This document shows, one piece after another, positions 1 through 9,742 of a stretch of DNA of 64,000 bases. Source of the DNA: an uncultured Gammaproteobacteria bacterium. GTDB lineage: Bacteria > Patescibacteriota > Microgenomatia > PFEM01 > JAPLYW01. Where the stretch lies: the NCBI GenBank assembly GCA_965230945.1, contig OZ246397.1:175701-239700 (forward strand). Direction: 5' to 3'. The position numbers and the translations under genes were made by a program. How positions within the stretch are numbered: position 1 is the first letter of the stretch; each line of letters opens with the position of its first letter. A model generated the notes under the pieces. The model made no database searches. It worked only from the letters and a program-made list of their open reading frames with translations, and had not been told where the DNA came from.

Positions 1-415
1 TGTCAATAAATTTTTTTGTAAAATTTGAATTGCAAACAACCGCCTTAATTTTTCTTAATTTAATTCTATTCAGTAAATTTCGACCGTTAACGCCATGGAA
101 AGGAACCTGGAAATGTAAAATATTTGTCTTACTAGGCAGAAAAGGGATACTTCCATCGGAAAGAAAGAAAATCAAATCATATTCTTTCAATCCTTTTTTA
201 CCTATTTTAGAATCTTTATTGAAGATATTGGGAATAAAATTTACTCGTTCAATTTTTATACCCAATCTCTCTTTTATTTTTGGCTTTATCCCTTTATCAT
301 CCCAAAAAACATCAACCTGATAACCATTTTTACTCAAACAATCAGCCACAGTCAAGGCATACCTCTCACCTCCCCCTAAGGTATCTAAATATGGATCGTA
401 AATCGCCGCTTTCAT
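1..415 (-). CDS. glycosyltransferase, group-1 (GT4-like) N-terminal part; gene continues beyond window start
   Basis: Reverse translation from ATG (413-415) gives MKAAIYDPYLDTLGGGERYALTVADCLSKNGYQVDVFWDD..., a typical GT4 N-terminus. No stop codon before position 1. The ORF track missed it because it is open-ended. Confidence 0.5.
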   Translation of the reverse strand, partial: MKAAIYDPYLDTLGGGERYALTVADCLSKNGYQVDVFWDDKGIKPKIKERLGIKIERVNFIPNIFNKDSKIGKKGLKEYDLIFFLSDGSIPFLPSKTNILHFQVPFHGVNGRNLLNRIKLRKIKAVVCNSNFTKKFID

Positions 416-422
416 CTTTTTT

Positions 423-1127
423 CTATTTTTCATTTTTTTCGATAAAAAGATAAATCCGATTGGTAAAATTTTCTTGGCTCTCTGAACCTGAAAAAGGAAA
501 ATAAAATAGGTTTAAAATTAAATTCAATAACTTCTTGGTCAAGTAAAAAATTTTATCTAATTTTGGATTGGGCAATGATTTGATGTCCATCATAGTTAAA
601 AAACGATTGAGACGATAGTCACCTGAATAAAAAAATTTACAAGAGTGTGCTTGAATGTAGTTTTTCAATTCGCTAAAAGCCGGTAACCCCTTTTTAAGAT
701 GTTCCTCAAGAAAATCAGACTTAATACCTTTTTGCTGTAAAAGGGAAAAAAGTTTTTTTTCGGCTTCAATATGCTGTTTGGTTCCTAAGGGGGCTGAAAC
801 AATTACTCTTTTTCTGGCGACTCTCAAAAGCTCCTGAATAAATTTTTTTCTGTCTTTTTTGGACATATGCTCGATAACATCAATACTCGTCACTACGTCA
901 AAAGAATTATCTTTTAAGGGTAATTCTCTGCCGTCAGCCAAGATATCGCCGCTTTTAAGGTTAGTGACAGTGATTTTATTTTTGATAAATTTTCCTAAAG
1001 CATCAACTCCGCCACCAACATCCAAAACTGCTTCACCTGGCTTAATTTTTTTGGCAACCCTTTGATGTCTCTCAAAAACATCAAAGGGTAATAATATTGA
1101 ATTCATCTTTGGTTTTGCAATTCCCAT
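423..1127 (-). CDS. class I SAM-dependent methyltransferase
   Basis: VLDVGGGVDALGKF glycine-rich SAM-binding motif followed by D-x-acidic motifs. The start may be the internal Met at about 1106, which would give a 4-nt overlap with the upstream gene. Confidence 0.6.
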   Translation of the reverse strand: MGIAKPKMNSILLPFDVFERHQRVAKKIKPGEAVLDVGGGVDALGKFIKNKITVTNLKSGDILADGRELPLKDNSFDVVTSIDVIEHMSKKDRKKFIQELLRVARKRVIVSAPLGTKQHIEAEKKLFSLLQQKGIKSDFLEEHLKKGLPAFSELKNYIQAHSCKFFYSGDYRLNRFLTMMDIKSLPNPKLDKIFYLTKKLLNLILNLFYFPFSGSESQENFTNRIYLFIEKNEK

Positions 1128-1867
1128 AATCTGGCATAAATCAAAAACTTATTAAATACCTGAAAAAGACCCTCTATCCAACCTACTACTCCATCGCGCC
1201 AAGCCTGATGTTTAACAAATCTCTGCCAAAATTCGACTGTCATAACTTTTAATATTCGCCACCAAGTTACTGGTGGATGTTTAGCCTTATATAACAATTC
1301 TGCCTCTATCTTAGACCAATCAGAGGTTTTCTTTACCATCAAAGATAAATTCCGATGAGTAATATGAATCATCGGTTGTTTCAAATACCCCAATGCCCCC
1401 TCGAAGACCGGTTCTTCGTGAAGATCTCCTTTCCAACTCTCAAGCTTTCCTCTCCGATAAAGTCTCTTAACATAATCCGGCCACCAGCCACCCCAATGTA
1501 ATTCTTTCCCTAGAAGAAAATTTCTTCTGGGAATGGCATAAGCAAAAAATTCAGGTTTATTAATAACCTCCTCTATTTCTTTTTTCAAATCAGCGGTCAT
1601 TCTTTCATCAGCATCTAAATAAAAAATCCAATCCCCAATCGCCTCTTTAAGACCTTCATTTCTTAATTGAGAGAAGACTGTTTTTTTGGGTAAAGAATCG
1701 ATTCTGACCCCATATCTTTTAGCAATATCAAGAGTTTTATCAGTTGAAGCATCATCAATGACCAAAATCTCATCAGCCCAATTACCGATGGATTTCAAAC
1801 AATCCTCAATCATCTCCTCTTCGTTTCTAGTAATAATTATGACTGATAATTTTTTTTTGCTTTTCAT
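1103..1867 (-). CDS. family 2 glycosyltransferase
   Basis: N-terminal LSVIIITRNEE...DDASTDKT...YLDADE motifs (GT-A fold, DxD). Confidence 0.7.
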   Translation of the reverse strand: MKSKKKLSVIIITRNEEEMIEDCLKSIGNWADEILVIDDASTDKTLDIAKRYGVRIDSLPKKTVFSQLRNEGLKEAIGDWIFYLDADERMTADLKKEIEEVINKPEFFAYAIPRRNFLLGKELHWGGWWPDYVKRLYRRGKLESWKGDLHEEPVFEGALGYLKQPMIHITHRNLSLMVKKTSDWSKIEAELLYKAKHPPVTWWRILKVMTVEFWQRFVKHQAWRDGVVGWIEGLFQVFNKFLIYARLWELQNQR

Positions 1868-2550
1868 TGGTAAAGAAAATCAATCATCAAAGCTGAAATT
1901 AAAAGAAAAACTCCGCCTAATAAAAAACCACCAATAATATCAGTTAAAAAATGATAGCCAAGATAAATCCGGCTTAAGGCCACCAAAAAAATCAAGAAAC
2001 CAAAAATCATAGCTAAAAGCAAAACGTATCTTTTTCTTAATTTGACAAAACGAGTTGTCAGATTAAAAAGCACCCCATAGAAGTAAAAGGCGATAGTCGC
2101 ATGTCCAGAAGGAAAAGAAAAACAATCCCGTTCAGAAAAACAACCAAAAGGTCGTGGACGACTGAAGAAGTTTTTAAAAAACCAAATAAAGAAGCCGCTA
2201 CCGATTAGGGTTAAAAAAACCGTAAAGGCCGCTTTTCTTCTTCTTTTTCTAACCAAAAAGATGGTTAAAATTAAAAAGGCGGTAATAATAAAATAGTCTG
2301 AGGCAAAATTCGTCAAAAAAAGAAAAAAACCATCCAGCACAGGAATTCTTAATCGTTCTATCTGTTCAACAACCCACTTATCCCAAGTATTAATCGCCTG
2401 AAAAGAAGTCATTGTCCATAAGCGGAAAAGGGCTAAAAAGAGAAGGGTAACCCCTAAAATTAGCCATAAAATTTTCCTTTTGGGATAGGCATAAAAACCG
2501 CCCCTTAAACCGTTTTTTTCTAACTTTAGCCAATTTTTAAAGTCAAACAT
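1864..2550 (-). CDS. PAP2-family phosphatase (polyprenyl-diphosphate/phosphatidic acid phosphatase-like)
   Basis: The three PAP2 motifs are present: KNFFSRPRP, PSGHA, SRIYLGYHFLTD. Multi-TM protein. Confidence 0.7.
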   Translation of the reverse strand: MFDFKNWLKLEKNGLRGGFYAYPKRKILWLILGVTLLFLALFRLWTMTSFQAINTWDKWVVEQIERLRIPVLDGFFLFLTNFASDYFIITAFLILTIFLVRKRRRKAAFTVFLTLIGSGFFIWFFKNFFSRPRPFGCFSERDCFSFPSGHATIAFYFYGVLFNLTTRFVKLRKRYVLLLAMIFGFLIFLVALSRIYLGYHFLTDIIGGFLLGGVFLLISALMIDFLYQ

Positions 2551-2556
2551 TTTAAG

Positions 2557-2946
2557 TTAAAACAACTTTTGCCACAAAGGAGGGAAAAGCACCAAAAAAC
2601 CAATAATCGCTGCCCCAATGGAAACAATCAACATGACACCAGCAGATAAATCTTTAATAATTTTGGCGGCGGGATGGTATTTTTCAACCATTAAGTCAAC
2701 TATCTTTTCCACAGTAGTATTAATCATTTCCACAGTTAAACCTAGAAAAATAGCTAAAATCAAAAACAAAAATCTTTCATAAGAAACCCGCAACCATAAA
2801 GCTAAAAAAAGAACGAATAAAGACAAAAGGAAGTGGACGATAAAATTTTTCTGGGTAGTAAAGGCATACCGACAACCAACCAGAGCACTTTTAAAAGCCT
2901 GGAGCCAATTACCATTTTTAAAATCTGATTTATTGTTTTTCTCCAT
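2557..2946 (-). CDS. dgkA: DgkA-family diacylglycerol/undecaprenol kinase
   Basis: 129-aa three-TM protein with TVEMINTTVEKIVD...KDLSAGVMLIV pattern of the prokaryotic DAGK family. Adjacent to the PAP2 gene, which fits lipid-carrier recycling. Confidence 0.6.
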   Translation of the reverse strand: MEKNNKSDFKNGNWLQAFKSALVGCRYAFTTQKNFIVHFLLSLFVLFLALWLRVSYERFLFLILAIFLGLTVEMINTTVEKIVDLMVEKYHPAAKIIKDLSAGVMLIVSIGAAIIGFLVLFPPLWQKLF

Positions 2947-2967
2947 CTTTTCTTAATTTTATCATTT

Positions 2968-3882
2968 TTAAGGCTTAAAGCCAGCTTGCCCGAATTTCTT
3001 AAGATAAAAATTTCTAATCCCCAGTTTCTGCCAATGACTACCTTTAAAAAGTATTTTCAAACTTTCCCTGATTAGGGCAAATTTTGTCCTTAAAGAGGCA
3101 TATTTAAAACCGAAGAGTAAGCGGTTACGGGTTAAATAATAATCATGAAGTGGACCACCAACTTCACTGGAGCTGGCATTAAGATGCCAGAGTTTTGCCG
3201 TCGGGGTATAAAAAATTTTAAAACCGGCTTTTTTGGCTCGTTGACAAAAATCCACATCTTCTAAATAAAGAAAATATTTCTCGTCCAAAAAACCGACTTT
3301 TTCAAAAACCTCTTTTTTAATCAGCATGCCGCAGCCAGAGGCAAAATCAACCGGGATTATCTGATTATATTGGCCGTGGTCAACCTCATCAACACCGCGA
3401 TGTGAGGCAATGACATTCTGCCAATCAATTAAACCGCCGGCATACCAGATAACCTTGCCTTTGTCTTTTTCCTGGTATCTTCCTTGATGAAATTCATAGC
3501 CTGGGGCAAAATAAATTTTCGGGGCCAAAATGCCAATCTTCGGATCCTTCTGAGCCGTTTTTAACAATTCCCTTACTAGCTTTTCATCCAAAAAAGTATC
3601 ATTGTTAAGCAGGAAGACGGAAGCAACGCCATCTTTTAAAACCCTTTTAATGCCGAAATTGTTACCGGCGGCATAACCCAGATTTTCCGAAGTTTTAAGA
3701 AAAATAAATTCGGGGAATTTCTTTTTTAAAAAATCAATCTTCTCTAAAGGGTTGTTATTGACAACAATCACCTCAATCTTAAAATCTTTGGTTTCCAATT
3801 GTTTGACTGACTCCAAACAAGCCTCAGTCAATTCCGGCTTGCTGAAATGAAGAATCACTAAACCAACTTTAGTCATCGACAT
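2968..3882 (-). CDS. family 2 glycosyltransferase
   Basis: VIVVNNNP...LNNDTFL...YLEDVDFCQRAKKAGFKIFY, a rhamnosyltransferase-like GT2. Confidence 0.7.
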   Translation of the reverse strand: MSMTKVGLVILHFSKPELTEACLESVKQLETKDFKIEVIVVNNNPLEKIDFLKKKFPEFIFLKTSENLGYAAGNNFGIKRVLKDGVASVFLLNNDTFLDEKLVRELLKTAQKDPKIGILAPKIYFAPGYEFHQGRYQEKDKGKVIWYAGGLIDWQNVIASHRGVDEVDHGQYNQIIPVDFASGCGMLIKKEVFEKVGFLDEKYFLYLEDVDFCQRAKKAGFKIFYTPTAKLWHLNASSSEVGGPLHDYYLTRNRLLFGFKYASLRTKFALIRESLKILFKGSHWQKLGIRNFYLKKFGQAGFKP

Positions 3883-3884
3883 GC

Positions 3885-4769
3885 TTAAATTTTTTTCTTA
3901 ATCTTCAAACGAATTTTTCCGATTAAACCGGAGGCTTTTACCTGCCAATGAAGATAATCGTTAATGTTTTCTTCCAGAACTTCGTCATAGGCGCTGATGT
4001 CCTGTTCAACAAACTTCTCCTTCTCCCAGACTTTGACATACTTGACCATCTCGGAAAAAGCCTGAAGCAAAGCCAAAACCAGACCGTGAAGACCGTCCTT
4101 GTAAGCCTCACCGACAAAAAAACGACTGAGAAACTCGCCCATCGGTTTTTTCAGTATATCCTGCCAGCGAAACTTATAGCCGGTTTTAATTAATTCCTCA
4201 ACCTGGATACCGGTATAACGGTTCATTCTCTCCAGATATTGGGAAACAGATTGATAATGATGATGAACAATGGTATTGGCCTCTTTGGCTTCCAAATCCT
4301 TGCCTTCACCCCGTGTCAAGGGCACGCTGTGGATTCTCTCAGACCACTGAACGCAGCCTTTTTTGAAGAAACGGATATTGTAATCCGGCCACCAACGGGA
4401 ATGTTTCATCCATTTGCCGAAGATAATGTTTTTTCTCGGCAGACAGAAATAGGTTAAACCTTTGTGATCTTCACTTAAATTTTTAATTATTTTAGCCAAG
4501 CTTGGAGGAATTTCTTCATCTGCATCCAAAATTAAAATCCAATCACCGCTTGTTTTGCTGATGGCAAAATTCCTGGCCGGCTCGACATAAGACATATATT
4601 TATAGAAAAAAACTTTTGCTCCCAATTTTTTGGCAATCGCGGCCGTTCTATCTTTAGAATACATATCAATAACGATAATCTCGTCAGCTATTCTTCGAAC
4701 TGATTCTAAACATCTTTTGATGTTTTCTTCTTCATTCCAGGTATTAATGATAACCGAAATTTTAGACAT
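3885..4769 (-). CDS. family 2 glycosyltransferase
   Basis: ISVIINTWNEEENI...LDADEEI motifs. Confidence 0.7.
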   Translation of the reverse strand: MSKISVIINTWNEEENIKRCLESVRRIADEIIVIDMYSKDRTAAIAKKLGAKVFFYKYMSYVEPARNFAISKTSGDWILILDADEEIPPSLAKIIKNLSEDHKGLTYFCLPRKNIIFGKWMKHSRWWPDYNIRFFKKGCVQWSERIHSVPLTRGEGKDLEAKEANTIVHHHYQSVSQYLERMNRYTGIQVEELIKTGYKFRWQDILKKPMGEFLSRFFVGEAYKDGLHGLVLALLQAFSEMVKYVKVWEKEKFVEQDISAYDEVLEENINDYLHWQVKASGLIGKIRLKIKKKI

Positions 4770-4797
4770 AACTTAATTTTGATCCGCCACTTAGCGG

Positions 4798-4880
4798 AGA
4801 AAAACAAGGTTCTGAACTTTGTTCATGGTTCTCATTTGAAAAACAAGGTTCTGAACTTTATTCGTGGTTCTTATTTTATC
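4798..4880. repeat. tandem direct repeat, 2 x about 40 nt at about 85% identity, each unit carrying a GTTC-N-GAAC palindrome
   Basis: Units AAAAACAAGGTTCTGAACTTTGTTCATGGTTCTCATTTG and AAAAACAAGGTTCTGAACTTTATTCGTGGTTCTTATTTT in the only large intergenic gap (4770-4898) of the minus-strand operon. A small hairpin TCCGC-CACTTA-GCGGA lies at 4782-4797. Confidence 0.6.
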
Positions 4881-4898
4881 AAAAAGGGCCTAAAAGAG

Positions 4899-6452
4899 CT
4901 AATTTTCAAGCCGATAAATTTTTACCTGATAATCGGTATCCCATTTTTGGCTGATTTTTTTGGGACGGAAAGAAGTAATTTCCCAAACGGAATAATTAAT
5001 AGTTTCTGAATCACCTTTATCACTAATGACATAAAGAATTTTAGCCTCAGGGTAAACCTCAACACTCATTGGCTTTTGACCTAAAACATTTAAAAAATAG
5101 CGATAATAAATCGCTCGGGTATTACCATCAACAATATTGGCAATGTTAAATTTATTTTGAAAATTATTTTGAGAAACATCATTGGCAATAATCATGGCAA
5201 TTTGTTTGGCACCTTGAAGGTTAACATTATTAAAATCAATCGAAATTTTTCGATTGACTATTTGCCAATCTTTTTTAAAAGCCGATAAAGATAGCACTAT
5301 AAAAAATGAAAAGAAAATAACCAAAAAAACATATCTTAATAAATGATTAAAACTGGCTAATTTTTCGATTATTTTTTGAGTAAAAAAAACAAGAAAAATA
5401 ACTAAGATTGGTAAAAGCGGCAATAGATAACGATCCTCAATACGTTCTTTTTGAAACTGGCCGAAGATTGAGGCAAAAAACAAACCCAAAAACAAACCGA
5501 CGGTTAAAAATAAAATTATTTTTCTTTCCTTATGTCTTTTATCAATTAATAAAAAAATCAGGAGGGCGGCAAAAATAAAAACGCTAATCAAGCTGATTAT
5601 CGAATGGCTTTTCTCCATGAAAAGAATTGAATACTGCTCAAAACCGAAAAATCTTCCTATAAGAATTCTTAAATAACTAAAAATTCCGTTTAAGGAAAAC
5701 CAAAAGTTGCCACTACTAACCGTCAAGTTCCTAATGGTACTTTTTGTCAGGAAAAAATTATGTCTTATCTCAAAAATAATTATCGGTAAGATACCAAAAA
5801 TAAAACCTAAACCCCAAAGAAAAAGACGAGAAAGTATTTTTTTAGTATTAAAAATAAAAAGGCCGATCAGTAGTGAAAGAATTATTCCCAGAGAAACGTA
5901 GTGAAGCTGAAAGAGACAACCAGATAAAAAACCCAAGACAAAAAGCCAAAACCATTTTTTCCTTTGAAGATATAGGCTCAAGAAAAATAAAATCAAAACA
6001 GTAAAAAAGGGTAAAAAATTTGGGTTCCAAGGGAAACGACTATATTCAACTGTCAAAGGTGAAATCAAATAGAAGAAAAAACCAAAAAGGGCCAGCCAAT
6101 GGTTAGTAACGATTTTCCTTAAAAAAAGAAAAAATAAAATGGCGCCCAAAAAACTAAAAAAGGCCGTTAAAATCGCCGGACCCAAAGGATCAAGGCGACT
6201 CAATAATAAGGCTGGGGCCACTAAATAATAATAAAGGGGGCCGAAATAAGTTTCTAAAGGGCTATTAAGGCCAAAAGAGGTTTGTGGTCCTAATAAGGTT
6301 AATTTCCCCTCGACAATCATTTGTCTAACAACCTCCATATCTCGAGCCACGTCATAAAAAAAGTTTTGTGTAGCCCTCAGTCGATAGAAATTTAAAAAAA
6401 GCCCTAAAAGAATAACAAAAGTAAAAAGAAGCCAATAGATTTTCTTATTCAT
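4899..6452 (-). CDS. GT-C fold glycosyltransferase, ArnT/PMT-like (GT39/GT83 family)
   Basis: Polytopic membrane protein with an N-terminal YRL...D..RD loop motif, FYDVARDMEVVRQMIVEGKLTLLGPQTS.... Paralogous to 13706..15229 and 15226..16779. Confidence 0.6.
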   Translation of the reverse strand: MNKKIYWLLFTFVILLGLFLNFYRLRATQNFFYDVARDMEVVRQMIVEGKLTLLGPQTSFGLNSPLETYFGPLYYYLVAPALLLSRLDPLGPAILTAFFSFLGAILFFLFLRKIVTNHWLALFGFFFYLISPLTVEYSRFPWNPNFLPFFTVLILFFLSLYLQRKKWFWLFVLGFLSGCLFQLHYVSLGIILSLLIGLFIFNTKKILSRLFLWGLGFIFGILPIIIFEIRHNFFLTKSTIRNLTVSSGNFWFSLNGIFSYLRILIGRFFGFEQYSILFMEKSHSIISLISVFIFAALLIFLLIDKRHKERKIILFLTVGLFLGLFFASIFGQFQKERIEDRYLLPLLPILVIFLVFFTQKIIEKLASFNHLLRYVFLVIFFSFFIVLSLSAFKKDWQIVNRKISIDFNNVNLQGAKQIAMIIANDVSQNNFQNKFNIANIVDGNTRAIYYRYFLNVLGQKPMSVEVYPEAKILYVISDKGDSETINYSVWEITSFRPKKISQKWDTDYQVKIYRLEN

Positions 6453-8307
6453 TCGTTTTCATTTTAAAAATTTTAACTAAATCGTTTTCAAAGATTTTAT
6501 TAAAGCCAATTTGCGATTCAGCAACTTCTAATTTCTGTTCTTCAACTAAGTAAAGATATTTTATCTTATTCTTGTCAAGGAATTTTTTAGCCTCATTAAC
6601 ACTTTTTGTCTTGAAAAATTTTTCAATCTCTTCTCTCCTGACCCGCCAGGGAACCTGCATGATTTCCAAAGTCATTTCATCCTCCAAAAAAGTTTGTTTA
6701 TCCCCAAAAGCAGAGACATAAGCAGTAGTTTCATAAATATAAAGCGGTTGAGGTGTTTCTTTGGTTTTTTCTCTTGCCCGATAATTATGAGGATAAGTTA
6801 AAACAATACCCGCCGATTGTTCTCTTAGAAATTCCAAACCTTCAAGTTCCTGAAAGTCAATCTTGGCTGGCGACTGATAACCAAGATAGTTCTTTAAATC
6901 CCCGATCGTCGTTGGTAAAGTCAAAAGAAGCAGTAAAGCAATAAAAAGGCTTTTGAGCCAAATTCTCTTCCTAGATAGGAAGTTAGCCAACCATAAACCA
7001 GCCAGCAAACCAAAAAGAAACTGAAAATAATAAAAAAACTGAATGCTATTCCAAGGATTTCCTTTTTGGATAAAAAACAAGGGAATCAGACCACTTGGTA
7101 ATAAACAGGCCAAAAAAAGAACTTGAAAAGAACTAATTTCCCGCCAATTTTTAAACCAATGGCAAAGCTTACCCAAACCAATGATTCTTGTTCCCAAATT
7201 ACCGATAAAGAAAATGGCTAGACCTAAACCTTCAGCTAGCAACCACTTTAACCAAAGACCGGTGGCAAAATAGGCCTGTCGAGCCTGAGCCAGTCGTAGC
7301 CAACCAACACGGTCAGGGGCGTCAATCATCACCCGAGGCAACCATAAAGGAGAAAAAACAAAAAGCGAGGATGAGGCCCAATTATTAGGCAAAAAAACCA
7401 ATAAACTAACCACCAGACTTCCCAAAAAAACTTTGAAGGTCTTCAATTTTTTCTTAGTTATCAATTCCCAAAAAGTGGTTGCTCCTAAACCAGAAAGAAT
7501 AATAATCCCTCCATAGGCTTTAATGCCAATAATCAAGCCAAAAATAAAACTTAAAAACCAGAGCTTTTTCCCAGATGGTTTTTCAAGATAATTTAAATAA
7601 AGATAAAAACCATAAAGCATTAAAATTAAAGAAAGAAAAAACTGCAAGTTAAGCGGAAAAGAGATTGATTGATTAGCCCAAAACATTGATTCCCCACTTA
7701 AACCTTGACGACGTAATAAGGTTACTAACCAACCGAAATTACCGCCAAAATAGGCAAAAAAGACAGACAGACAAGCAGCCAAATTATTCTTAGTCAGTTT
7801 TTTGATTAAAAGAAAAACCAAAATTCCCAAAAAACCGGAAAGAATAATGGGAATAATTTGAAAATAAAGATTAAGAGTCGGCAGAAAAGTAATTTTATGG
7901 ATTAAAGCCACTGACAAATCAAATAAAAAGTGGTAGTTTTTTAAATTAAAATGAGCCAGGATAGGATTTTGGAGAAGAGAGAAAAAATCTCCAGAAAATC
8001 TAAGATGTCTGGCCAAACTATTAATTAAAGCCAGATGCCAAACACCGTCATGACCATTCGGCCCCCAAAAACCCATCCCATATGAATATAAAAGCCCGCT
8101 TTTGATCGTGGTTAAACTCTGGGTAATCATGCCAAAAAACATAATTAAAACCAGCCATTTGTGCAAACGTAAAGCAAAAAACAAAAACCCCAAAAAGATT
8201 AAGGCCATTAGAAGAAAAACTAATGGCGAAGTTTCAAAAGGTAAAGAATTGGCGATTCCTTGGAAATTAACGATTCTTGAAAGCATAAAAGAGTTTTTTA
8301 ACATCAA
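6445..8307 (-). CDS. polytopic membrane protein, probable GT-C type glycosyltransferase
   Basis: About 14 predicted TM helices, a GPNGHDGVWH motif and a soluble C-terminal domain. The start is uncertain; an internal Met at about 8286 is possible. Confidence 0.45.
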   Translation of the reverse strand: MMLKNSFMLSRIVNFQGIANSLPFETSPLVFLLMALIFLGFLFFALRLHKWLVLIMFFGMITQSLTTIKSGLLYSYGMGFWGPNGHDGVWHLALINSLARHLRFSGDFFSLLQNPILAHFNLKNYHFLFDLSVALIHKITFLPTLNLYFQIIPIILSGFLGILVFLLIKKLTKNNLAACLSVFFAYFGGNFGWLVTLLRRQGLSGESMFWANQSISFPLNLQFFLSLILMLYGFYLYLNYLEKPSGKKLWFLSFIFGLIIGIKAYGGIIILSGLGATTFWELITKKKLKTFKVFLGSLVVSLLVFLPNNWASSSLFVFSPLWLPRVMIDAPDRVGWLRLAQARQAYFATGLWLKWLLAEGLGLAIFFIGNLGTRIIGLGKLCHWFKNWREISSFQVLFLACLLPSGLIPLFFIQKGNPWNSIQFFYYFQFLFGLLAGLWLANFLSRKRIWLKSLFIALLLLLTLPTTIGDLKNYLGYQSPAKIDFQELEGLEFLREQSAGIVLTYPHNYRAREKTKETPQPLYIYETTAYVSAFGDKQTFLEDEMTLEIMQVPWRVRREEIEKFFKTKSVNEAKKFLDKNKIKYLYLVEEQKLEVAESQIGFNKIFENDLVKIFKMKTNE

Positions 8308-9742
8308 CCATCAAAGATTTCCCGACCATTAAAAAAACCAAACCGCCATAAAACAAACCACCGATAAAAATCAATAAAATTAAGCTGAAAATATTTAACG
8401 GCAAAAAATTTCTTAAAAAGAAAAGGCCAAAACCCATCGCCAGACAACCAATAGTGGGTTTTAGTAAAGGAGCAAAAAAATCAAAATCAATATATTTCTT
8501 GGTCAACCAAATGGCAATCGCCGAGCTAAAAGAAACCACAGCAGCTCCCAAAGCCACTCCGTTAAAGCCATATTTAATGGCTAAAACCGGGTAAATAATC
8601 CAGGTTAAAACTGTCCACATCACCATTAGTTTAAAAACGATTTTAATTTTGCCAACCGCGGTTAAAGCGTTCATTAAAGGCGTCGTTACGGCCGCCCAAA
8701 AACTGTTAACTAAAAAAAGATACAAAGCCACTAAAGCCACCTCCCACTTGCTGTATTTAGGAATCAAATGAACTAGAGGTTGGGCTAAAACACTAATTCC
8801 CACCAAAAGCGGAAAAATAATTAAGCCCAGAAAAAACAGCGTTTTCTCGATTGCCTTTTTTAATTCTTTTTTATCGGTTTGCATCCGGGCATAAGCCGGA
8901 AAGGTCACCTTCATCACTGCATCCATGACAAAACGGAGAGGCATTTGGGCCCATTTTTGCGCCCAACCCAAAATACCCACCCCAGAAGCGCCAACAATTT
9001 TCCAAAGAAAAACATTCATTAACCGGTCTTTAATTACCGCCAAAAAGGTGTTAGCTTGATAAGGAACCCCGAATCGCAAAAGATGACGCAGGGATTCTTT
9101 CTCAAAAGCAAAACCAATCCGCCAAGGAGAGATAATATAAATTAAAATTACCCCCACCATCCCCCTTAGTAAAACTGCCCAGGCATAACTAACCACCCCA
9201 AAACCTTTCCAAGCCAACAAGACAGCCGCCCCATAGAAAAGAATTGACTCTACTATTTCTACTATTACAAGCAGATCAAAACGTAACTTCCGCTCTAATA
9301 AAATCGAGGGGATGGTCTTTAAGGAAGCCAAGAAAAAGCCAAAAGTTAATGCCCATAAAAGAAAAACGCCAGGCTGGGTAATATGATAAAATTGACGAAG
9401 CCAAGGCGTAAGAACCAAAACCAAGGAGACCAGAGTTAAAACTAATGCTTGTTGGATAGTGAAAGTGCTCCGAATATCCTTAATTGTCGGTTTTTCTTTC
9501 TTTTGAATTAAAGCACCAGCTAAACCAATATCGGAAAAATAGCCTAAAATGGCCACTAACTCAGAGATGGCAAAAAAGAGTCCAACCTCTGCTTTCCCTA
9601 GAAAAATAGTTAAGAGAAAAAAACCGGCAAAGGAAATTATCTGAAGAAGAAAAGTTCTTCCAGTTAAAGCAGCAATCCCTCTAATCGCCCGTCCCTTAAC
9701 CGTCGCCAAATCAATCTCAGGTACCCTTGTTAGCTCTACCAT
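8267..9742 (-). CDS. Wzx-like polysaccharide/oligosaccharide flippase (MOP superfamily)
   Basis: N-terminus ...VKGRAIRGIAALTGRTFLLQIISFAGFFLLTIFLG is typical of polysaccharide biosynthesis flippases. Polytopic (about 12-14 TM by eye). Confidence 0.65.
   Translation of the reverse strand: MVELTRVPEIDLATVKGRAIRGIAALTGRTFLLQIISFAGFFLLTIFLGKAEVGLFFAISELVAILGYFSDIGLAGALIQKKEKPTIKDIRSTFTIQQALVLTLVSLVLVLTPWLRQFYHITQPGVFLLWALTFGFFLASLKTIPSILLERKLRFDLLVIVEIVESILFYGAAVLLAWKGFGVVSYAWAVLLRGMVGVILIYIISPWRIGFAFEKESLRHLLRFGVPYQANTFLAVIKDRLMNVFLWKIVGASGVGILGWAQKWAQMPLRFVMDAVMKVTFPAYARMQTDKKELKKAIEKTLFFLGLIIFPLLVGISVLAQPLVHLIPKYSKWEVALVALYLFLVNSFWAAVTTPLMNALTAVGKIKIVFKLMVMWTVLTWIIYPVLAIKYGFNGVALGAAVVSFSSAIAIWLTKKYIDFDFFAPLLKPTIGCLAMGFGLFFLRNFLPLNIFSLILLIFIGGLFYGGLVFLMVGKSLMVDVKKLFYAFKNR

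Noticed and set aside
859-1065. Short antisense ORFs inside long genes (e.g. 859..1065, 1686..1937, 3948..4193, 4239..4457, 5707..5901, 6753..6944, 8102..8332, 10922..11131, 12510..12809, 15229..15617, 16897..17100, 27512..27754, 32618..32851, 43592..43984, 48716..49036, 50396..50641, 56547..57003, 57333..57530, 59588..59773, 60158..60355, 61581..61781)
   Set aside because: Each lies antisense to or inside a much longer ORF with clear homology. No independent support.
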